Below are positions 53,869 through 62,100 of a stretch of DNA of 64,000 nt, one piece after another; positions within the stretch are counted from its first letter, which is position 1; each line of letters begins with the position of its first letter. Made by a program: the position numbers and the translations under genes. This DNA is from a virus: positions 1-64,000 of the IMG/VR virus record IMGVR_UViG_3300022752_000019; one strand, written 5' to 3'. Under the pieces are notes generated by a model. That model saw nothing but the letters and a program-made list of their open reading frames with translations. It was not told where the DNA came from and made no database searches.

Positions 53869-55374
53869 TCAGACCTGGTACGTCTTGAGACTCTTTAGCC
53901 CATTGATCACGTCCTCGAGAGCGAACATCGCCCGAACAGCCGCAGTCTTTGGGATGCTCTGGAGACCGATCTGTGCGGCAAGCACTACGCTCGCAAGCTT
54001 GGTGGACGCCTCCTCAAGCTGAGGCAGGAACTCGATGAACGTCTCAACGTTCTCGGGGTTGAGGAAGTTGAGAGCCAGGACAGCATCAACCGAGGCAGTG
54101 TCTACCAGGGCAGATGCCTTCTTGTCGAACGTGATCGCGGAGATCTCCTTCAAAAGGTTCACCCTCTGAGGGAACTGTGTCTCCAACAGCTCGACTGCCG
54201 CTTCCTTTAGAGCATCCTCGTACACCTCTTCCCGAGAAGAGAGAGGACGTAGCCCGAAGAGGCGAATGGGCTGTCCGGTGGACGCTGCCTTCTCGAGACA
54301 CGCGGCGCTGAGGTTCTGAGGCATGCCGGCAGCGGCAAGCCAGAACACCCCGTCTACCCAGTCATGCTCGCCCGATCCAATCTTCTCAAAGACCGGACCG
54401 CTGAGGCGACATCCTCCTTCCCAGGCACGAATCTCCACCATCGTCTCATAGGCGTTCGCCTGTGCCGCCTTCATCAGCTCGTTACCAGACGCAAGCTGAA
54501 TGGGGTTCTCGAGCGGCATGAACTTGTAGTCTGGAGGAATCGCGATGTCCGTCGTCGAGGACGCGGTTGGGCGTAGCAGCCCAGGAGAGGGAATGATGCG
54601 GATGTCGTTCCCATTCATGTCCTGGGCGGCGAAATAGCCATTCCCCTCTACAGTTACCTTGGTCACGATGTTGTAGGGCACTGTGCAGATGATCGCCTTG
54701 CCATTGGTCTTGACGAATACGCCAAGACCGCGGACATCCGGGTTCTCGGGAATCGGCAGATTGTGGCTAACGCCGATGAGAGATCCGGAGATACCCGGCT
54801 GTGCCGAGTAAGCGGACCCGTTTGTGAACAGTGCAATCCCGGTGGGCCCGCCCTGAATGGGATCGAACAGATTGGGAATGACGTGCCCGATGACCTGCTT
54901 TCCCGTTTCCGCGTTGGTGACCTTGTAGAGTCCGAAGGCCGTAACGGGAGCCATCTGTTCAACCAGAGGGTCCGGCTCAGCCTGAACGCCGGTTACAGTC
55001 GCAGCCCCCTGCTGATCCGCTGCCTGGAGCATCTCAGGAGGAAGCACCTGCTGCGCCTGTTGCGCGGAGACCTGTGTCTCCTGTGGCGCCATTCCGGCAG
55101 GAGCTGCGGATACCTTGATGACGTAACCGTAGCCCTGGGGCCGTACCTGAACAACATCGGTACCCGGGGTAAACCGAGTGGACGCAATCTTCGCCAGGGC
55201 GCCGTGCTCAATAATCGGCTTCGATGTTACTCGACGCAGGCATTCCATAACAGAAGCGTTTTTCTCAATCATTCTACGAACGTCAGCATCGGCGAAGGTA
55301 TCGTCAAAGCGAGCAAAATCGCTCCGGTTGATTGTACCGGCAATCGCGGAGCAGAGGCTGGCAGGCGTTTTCAT
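53869..55374 (-). CDS. putative internal head protein
   Basis: 501 aa with KNAS, KIAS, KAAS, KEAA, KKAS, KLAS, KTAA. Confidence 0.7.
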   Translation of the reverse strand: MKTPASLCSAIAGTINRSDFARFDDTFADADVRRMIEKNASVMECLRRVTSKPIIEHGALAKIASTRFTPGTDVVQVRPQGYGYVIKVSAAPAGMAPQETQVSAQQAQQVLPPEMLQAADQQGAATVTGVQAEPDPLVEQMAPVTAFGLYKVTNAETGKQVIGHVIPNLFDPIQGGPTGIALFTNGSAYSAQPGISGSLIGVSHNLPIPENPDVRGLGVFVKTNGKAIICTVPYNIVTKVTVEGNGYFAAQDMNGNDIRIIPSPGLLRPTASSTTDIAIPPDYKFMPLENPIQLASGNELMKAAQANAYETMVEIRAWEGGCRLSGPVFEKIGSGEHDWVDGVFWLAAAGMPQNLSAACLEKAASTGQPIRLFGLRPLSSREEVYEDALKEAAVELLETQFPQRVNLLKEISAITFDKKASALVDTASVDAVLALNFLNPENVETFIEFLPQLEEASTKLASVVLAAQIGLQSIPKTAAVRAMFALEDVINGLKSLKTYQV

Positions 55375-55385
55375 TGGAATTCCTG

Positions 55386-56390
55386 TTAGTTCTTAGACTT
55401 GCGGAACTTTTCGTGTTCCTTGGATCGATGGGAAACTCCGAAGCCAAGTCCAGCCCCTACAAGGCCAGAAAGAGTCGGAACTCCGTACCTCTCCAGGGCC
55501 TTAGCATCGGAAATATCCTTGTAATTAGGCTCAAACGTTAGTAGTCTTAGCTCTTCTATCTTAGCTCTTCTGTCTCCCACTGACGCGACGGCCTCGTTCT
55601 TGCTCTCAAGAATGTCCGCCCTGTCCTTCTTCATCTTCTGAAGTTCAGACCGAAGACTCATGACCTGCTGCTCTTTGGCCCGTAGCTCCTTTAAATGCTC
55701 ATTGAGATAGGCCTTTGCAATTAGCGTATTCTGATCTTTTGGTCCCTTGGCTTTTCTTAGATCTCGATATGCAGTTTGTGAATTGCTTACAGACTGCTTT
55801 AAGGATTGAATATCGTTGGTCATGAGGTCGTTGATCTGCGACATCGTCGAGGAGTATGCCTTCTTGAGATCCTCCGTCTGTGAGGCATAGCTTGCGATGC
55901 TTTTTTGTAGATCAGAGATAGCCTTTTTGTGGTCTCCCATCTCTGTCTGTACAGTCTTTGAAAAGGCAGACCGCGCCTTAGATAGTCGAGACGTCGGACC
56001 AATACCGCCAAGAACAGCTCCGGCGATACCTCCAACAGCCGCTCCCCGTGCTCCTTCTCTTACCGCATCATCGCCAGAGCCCTTTGCGCCGACTCCGGCA
56101 CCTGCCAGCGCCCCCGCTCCAGCGGACAGCCCAACGCGATGAGTAACCGGATTCTTGAAGATCTCCGAAAGTCGCGAAGTCACGGAAGCTACCTTGGCGC
56201 GACCTGCCTCAAGGAAGTCGTCGCAAACACTTTCCGGTTCCGCCTCAAACGAGAACTTCTCGCAGTATCCTGCGCCGTCATTTAGCGCCCGGAAGTACGA
56301 GCAGGTCTCACAGCGAGCATCGGAGGCGGTTGGGCGATAGTTGGGAGCATCTTCTACTCCGGCAATCTTTGGCCAAAACGGAATCATCAC
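55386..56390 (-). CDS. modular head cargo protein (Cys4 domain, glycine zipper, coiled coil)
   Basis: KIA-[CETC..C..C]-KVAS, GAGALAGAGVG, long coiled coil, C-terminal hydrophobic helix. Confidence 0.7.
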   Translation of the reverse strand: MMIPFWPKIAGVEDAPNYRPTASDARCETCSYFRALNDGAGYCEKFSFEAEPESVCDDFLEAGRAKVASVTSRLSEIFKNPVTHRVGLSAGAGALAGAGVGAKGSGDDAVREGARGAAVGGIAGAVLGGIGPTSRLSKARSAFSKTVQTEMGDHKKAISDLQKSIASYASQTEDLKKAYSSTMSQINDLMTNDIQSLKQSVSNSQTAYRDLRKAKGPKDQNTLIAKAYLNEHLKELRAKEQQVMSLRSELQKMKKDRADILESKNEAVASVGDRRAKIEELRLLTFEPNYKDISDAKALERYGVPTLSGLVGAGLGFGVSHRSKEHEKFRKSKN

Positions 56391-57643
56391 ATACCTCCGC
56401 CGGAAGGAGAGACCAGTTTATACGAGCTTCCGTCCTTGTAGAAGAGCAAGAACATGCCCTGAATCGGCCGACCAGATCGATGAGCGTCTACTTCTGCCTT
56501 CATGAGCGGTCCGAGGATCTTACGCAACGCCGTCTGGTCCTTTTCCTTCTCGAGATTAGCTGCTACAGACTTAGGAACGCCAACTGTATAAGGAGTGCCG
56601 CTAATCTCGTAGTACTGTAGGTCCATTGGCGCTACACCCGCAGCCACCTTAAACTTACTACCCTTGAGAACCACGGACGCCGGAACCCTGTTTGCGGAAC
56701 CAAATGCAAGCTGAGCAGCGGCCCCCTTGAATTCCTCTACACCTTCCTCCCTGGTTCCGACTCTGGGCAGGCCCAGCCTTTCACGTTCGCGCTGTCTGCT
56801 CATTAGGCCGTATTCTTTTAGACCGATGTTGACAGCACTGACTCCCGATGAGATAGTAGCAGAGCCTTTTGCGCCCTTGAGCGCACCTTCTACCAAGGAG
56901 GACCCTGCCTCTCTGGCGGATTTTGCTCCTCGATACCCTCCGAGAGATAGACCAACACCCATCGGCAGCATGATTGACTTAAGGCTATCCTTGGTTCGAG
57001 CTACCAAGCCTTGTTGCGTAAGAAATCGATCCTTGGCCTCTGCTTTACGAAGGTTGGCGAGATTTTCAAGCTGCAAAGGCGTCATCTGAAATGCGTCAGT
57101 AGTCCGCAACTCTGCTGAGCTCAGCTTGTTGATGCCCATGGACGATGCGCCGTCGCCAACCACACGTCCAAAACCCTGACGCTGTTGGTATGGCGGATAC
57201 ATCTGATCGATCAGGGACTTCTGCCTCTGTGGCTGATCCGCCGGACCCTGGAACATGGCAGGGTTGAGAAGAGACGCCTGAACCCTTTCGGCAGTCAGTG
57301 GGTAAACGTTTCCGCCGAGTTCGAAGGTGTGAAATGGCTGAAGTTGGCGGTCTGCCACAATGATCGGGATGCGCACGATGTTCTGCGGGTTCTTCGAGGC
57401 AGTGGCCGCAGCGGGATCGTTCTTCGCCATCACAAGAGCATGGCCGAAGGCAAAGCCCGCTTCGGGCTCTACCCGCTGCATGTGAAGGTCAATCTCGTAC
57501 TGAGATAGGAACGGGAGCTGAAGGTGCAGGTTTGACAGAACGTGCGCCGGCCACTTCGCATCATCATCGGGCATGGCTGCGATCGACGCCTGCTTCTCGA
57601 AGAACGCATGCGGATTGACCGGCTTGAGGAACAGGGACGTCAT
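56387..57643 (-). CDS. putative internal head protein
   Basis: FFEKQAS leader; after INKLSS a glycine-zipper segment. Confidence 0.7.
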   Translation of the reverse strand: MTSLFLKPVNPHAFFEKQASIAAMPDDDAKWPAHVLSNLHLQLPFLSQYEIDLHMQRVEPEAGFAFGHALVMAKNDPAAATASKNPQNIVRIPIIVADRQLQPFHTFELGGNVYPLTAERVQASLLNPAMFQGPADQPQRQKSLIDQMYPPYQQRQGFGRVVGDGASSMGINKLSSAELRTTDAFQMTPLQLENLANLRKAEAKDRFLTQQGLVARTKDSLKSIMLPMGVGLSLGGYRGAKSAREAGSSLVEGALKGAKGSATISSGVSAVNIGLKEYGLMSRQRERERLGLPRVGTREEGVEEFKGAAAQLAFGSANRVPASVVLKGSKFKVAAGVAPMDLQYYEISGTPYTVGVPKSVAANLEKEKDQTALRKILGPLMKAEVDAHRSGRPIQGMFLLFYKDGSSYKLVSPSGGGM

Positions 57644-57655
57644 GCAGACCTCGTA

Positions 57656-58762
57656 TCAATCGGCTTCGAGCACGGTTGACAGGAACGGACTTCGAGTAGC
57701 GAGAGACGCTACGATATCACTAAGAAGCGCGTCTGTCGCAGGAGTAGCAGGAATGCCGAGAGACGCCAGGGCACCCTTAATCTCGGTGAGCGAGTCTTGT
57801 AGCTTCCCGAGAAAGTCTGTGCCCAGTAGGACAGGCTGAGATTCCGAACCAGAATTACTTGTGATTCGGATTTTCCCATCCAGTGTTACTCGCGCGTCTC
57901 CCTTACGTGCGATTTCGCACACAAACGATCGACTTGCGCTCTCGTCTGCGCTCTCATCTGGACACACGCTGAATCGGTAGACCACTGCCGCCGTATCGAA
58001 AGACGCCGGCTTCTTCATCGTGACGACCAGTGGAGTGAGGACTCCGAGTTCTCCCTCCACCTGTAGTGTGACTGGAGTATCGACCAGTGCCGGGACTGCG
58101 ATCGGCCCGTCGAGCTCAAGACGACTTAGTGCTCCGCTTGCGGGGTCGCGGATTGATCCAGCCTCAGAGCTGACTGTCCATCCTCCTGAGTTGACGTACT
58201 CCCTGGCTCTGAAAGTATACGCACACGTCAGGTCTCCGAACGCATCTTCCTCTCTGCCATAGGACTTCCACTCCATTGAGCCGCCGAACGTCTCGACTTT
58301 CCAATTCTCTGCAATTGTTAGGATCTGGTTGATGAATGGATTTGTGACGATGCGGGATAGAGCGGTCCCGCGGAACTCAGTCACACCACCTCTACGCGCG
58401 ATGATCCCATTCCCATCCCGGGTCAGGATCGCCATGTCTCCTGGGGAGAGGTAGGGTCTTCCTGAATGATAGGAGCCGGGCTGCCCGTCCTGCGTGGCAG
58501 CGGAGGGCTGAGGTGCTGACAACAGCAAGAACGCCCCAGCACCGTCCGAAGGCGCGCAGACGAAGCACAGAGCGCCCACCTCGGGCATGTAGTGAATCCC
58601 CTCCCCCGACGGAGTCGAGTAGAGAGAGGGGATGATGACGTTGGTAAACTCCCTCTTTACCGTGTCGCAGTAGACCACACAGGTCCAGCGTGCCGAATCG
58701 ACGAGAACAACTCGGCCCTGAAGGACTGTGGGTTGCGATGGCCGTAGAGGCTTACTCGTCAT
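57656..58762 (-). CDS. baseplate spike/hub protein (gp5/gpV-like)
   Basis: N-terminal OB-fold pattern GRVV..GIHYMPEVGALCFV followed by beta-strand repeats. Confidence 0.55.
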   Translation of the reverse strand: MTSKPLRPSQPTVLQGRVVLVDSARWTCVVYCDTVKREFTNVIIPSLYSTPSGEGIHYMPEVGALCFVCAPSDGAGAFLLLSAPQPSAATQDGQPGSYHSGRPYLSPGDMAILTRDGNGIIARRGGVTEFRGTALSRIVTNPFINQILTIAENWKVETFGGSMEWKSYGREEDAFGDLTCAYTFRAREYVNSGGWTVSSEAGSIRDPASGALSRLELDGPIAVPALVDTPVTLQVEGELGVLTPLVVTMKKPASFDTAAVVYRFSVCPDESADESASRSFVCEIARKGDARVTLDGKIRITSNSGSESQPVLLGTDFLGKLQDSLTEIKGALASLGIPATPATDALLSDIVASLATRSPFLSTVLEAD

Positions 58763-59182
58763 TCAGCGGTCCGACGAAGGGCGGCCCAGCAGATATCCAG
58801 TTCCAAGAGCCCCAGCACCCAGCGCCCCAGCTCCGAGAGTTCCGGCTCCAATAAGAGCCGCCGTGTCTCTATTGGCAGCAACTCCATCTGATGCGCGGGT
58901 CAGCGCCTTGCCGAGTGTTTCACGCACTCCTCCGGCAGTAGCCCCTCCCGATAGCATTCTGCCCAGACCACCGGCTGCATTTCCGACTGCGTCGCCGACC
59001 GCAGCTAAGCCGCGTCCTGTCGCCGATAGAACAGCCTCTTTCTGCATGTGTGCGTCGAATGCTCGAAGATAAGCTTCCGGCATCTGCCCGTCGCAAGTGC
59101 CAAAATTTCTGATGATGAACTCTGCACGCTTTTCTTGTTCCACGAGTTGAAGAGCAACCCGATACGCTGCAATCTTGTTCAC
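58763..59182 (-). CDS. glycine-rich head cargo protein
   Basis: MNKIAAY leader, QKEA, GAGTLGAGALGAGALGTGYLLG. Confidence 0.7.
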   Translation of the reverse strand: MNKIAAYRVALQLVEQEKRAEFIIRNFGTCDGQMPEAYLRAFDAHMQKEAVLSATGRGLAAVGDAVGNAAGGLGRMLSGGATAGGVRETLGKALTRASDGVAANRDTAALIGAGTLGAGALGAGALGTGYLLGRPSSDR

Positions 59183-59191
59183 GAGGGCCTC

Positions 59192-62100
59192 TCAGAAAAA
59201 GGAAAGAAAACCAGAGGTTTTTCTCTCGGAGGGAGTTGTTGGGGCAGGCTTTCCAGGCAAAGTTGCCTTCGGCACGTTCACCATTCTATCAGGAACGCCC
59301 GGGGCGTTCGGAAGCTTAACAGCGCCCGGGGGCTCTAATCCGAACTCGGCTCCGTGCGCGATTCCCGCGATCGGATGGCCGTGGATGTCAGACTTCCAGT
59401 TTTGAGCAGCACCTTCGACGTAGGTCTCCTCGAGGCGCTGGAAGTTCAGGCGAGCCATCCAGTCCTCCTGACCGGCCAGCGGCATCTTGTTCATCGCCTT
59501 GAGCTGTGGCGTGTGCTTGATCTCGCGCTTGTTCATGGAGCGAAGCTCCTTGTTTTTGCGCTCAATCTCCGACATGGGAACAAGTTGCCCACGCAAGTAT
59601 GCGTGATCGTCGCCAGGGTCATCTACCCGAGTAAGGTCCGTCATTGCGCGAATGACGGTCTCGATGTTCCTACGACGCTCGTTGCCGGTCGTCTCGACGT
59701 ATAGCTCGTTGAGGCTGTCCGCGATGTGCGTGCGAACCGCGCCCATGTTCTTCGTGATGGCAAGGATGTCGTGCGGGTTCTTTCTCCCCTCAGAGAGGGC
59801 CTCTGCCTTGTCGACTTCAACTCCAACTCGGATCGAGGGGAGAAGCGGACTTGTGAACGGAACGACGTGCTGTTTCCCGTCAATGGTGACAATCTTTCCG
59901 CCGAGCGCGTCGTTTTCGATCTTCTCGACCTTGCCCGCAACGGTAGATAGGACTGCTGCTCCCTTGAGCTTCTTGGGAACCTTGAACAAGTCCTCGGCAG
60001 CGGTGAAGTAGTCGCCCACGCCGCTTGTCCCTCCGACACCTCCGGTGTGGAAGGTGCGCATCTGCATCTGCGTGATGGGCTCGCCGAGTGCGTGGCCTGC
60101 GATGATGCCAACGTTTGTGCCGATTGGGTATAGGGAGCCGCGCTCACTGAGTCCGTAGCAAGTGGCGCAGATCCCCTTGACCTCGTTGCAGTGGAGGGGA
60201 GAGCGAACAAGGATCTTCTTCGGCCCGTCGTTCTTGATCTTGGAACGGATCTGCGGAGTGATGAGCGTTCCCTTGGGAATGGCCTCCCCTCCCTTGAGCG
60301 GAACTTCTCCGGCAAGGAAGCGCCCCTCGATGTCTGCCTCCATCGAAGAAAGCAGCGCACCGCGAATCGTTCCGCAGTCCTTCGACTTGATCGTGTTGTC
60401 GATGACGGTGTTGATGAGCTCCTTGGTCAGCGCACCAGGCTTGGCCGTTGCCGAGGCGCGATCGATGGTTCCTTTCCGAGCACCATGCAGCGACGCATAG
60501 TACTGCGAGACTGGAAGTCCCTCTCCAAAGGACTTGGTGATGGCAAAAGGCACGGTCTGATTCATCGGATCCTGCACCAGCATGGGCCCCATGACCATCT
60601 GACCGAACTGGTTCCAGTCGCCCTTTGCGCCAGACCGTGCCCAGTCCCACATGCGGTTGTCGAGGCGAGAGTTGTACCTGGCCTCCCCAACCTGCTTCAG
60701 CTCCTTCTGCGCCTTTTGGTACAGCGCGATGATCTTCTCATCCTTCTGCTGCTTGGAGCCCGAACCCTTGAGGATGGAGTCCTCTTCCTTCTTGTACTTG
60801 ACGAGAACCTCGTCCCGAAGCTTGAAACCGTCGTGGAAGTCGTTGATAGATACGCTGGACCCATTCTTGAAGGCAAGGTTGAACCCAATCGTCTTCCACT
60901 GGTCGATCATCTTTGAGAACTCTTCTGGTTCCGCGCGAGCTACACGCGTGGCAAACCGCTTCATGGAGCCTTTCGCCATACGGAAGCTCGGATCGTAGAG
61001 GAGATCCTCATCGCCCTTGAACTGCTGCGGAAGGGTCGCATTAATCATCAACCGACCAGCCGTAGTGGGTTTCTTTAGCCCCTTGACTTTGATGACGTTG
61101 TACGACTTAATCTTGCCAGCCTTCACAGCCTGGATCGCCTGTTCTTCCGTAAATTCTCCCGAAACCGGCTTGCCCCATTCCGTCGCCTGGAAGATGCCGA
61201 GCACCGAGTCCTGGCTCGGAGTCACCATGAGACCTCCACTCGTCGGAGAGAAGAGGTTCTTCGAGGGCATCATGTTCTTGGCTTCTTGTACTGCGGCATC
61301 CGTGATGGGCACGTAGAGGGCCATCGTGTCACCGTCGAAGTCCGCGTTGAAGCCTCCAGTCACGAGGGGATGGATCTTGATGGACTTGCCCTCAATCAGC
61401 CGAGGACGGAAAGCCAAGATTGAGAACAGGTGAAGCGCGGGGTCACGCTTCATCATCGCAGGACGATCGCGGACAACTCTCTCGAGTGCCTCATTTGCGG
61501 CAGGATGGTTCTTCTTGATCATCATACGCGCCTCGCCCGGAGACGTGGCCCGCCCCATGTTGCGCCACAGCTCCTTGATGACGAAGGGCTTGTACATCTC
61601 CATCGCCATCTCTCGAGGGACGCCGACCTCATCAAGCGGCATTTCGGGGTCGGGCGTGATGACCGAACGACCCGAGAGATCTTGACGCTTCCCGAGAACA
61701 CCTGACTGGAAGAACGACTGCTTCGGCTGCCGAAGGCCCGTCATCTTGTCCATGAGGGAAGGGACCTGCTTGCCTTCCATCTGCATGCCGGTGACACGCA
61801 GCGCCTTGGTCGTCTCATAGATCTGTGCCTGGACCTTCTGAATCTCTCCAATCGGCATCTTCTCTTTTTCTGCCTGCTCGAGCTGCTTCACCATCTGCCC
61901 AATGATGGCGTACATCTTGTTCGCAGGGTCGATGATCTGTGTGCCATCGAAGCCAATGCTTACGCGGCGCAGAGAGGGGGGAAGAACAGGCAGGACCTTG
62001 TTGGTGTACGCATCAACCGGCTTGATACCAAGTTCTTTCAGCGCCCGAAGGTAGCGCACCCTCTTGTACGCGACGTTCAGCTCGTTCTCGCTTGCCTCAG

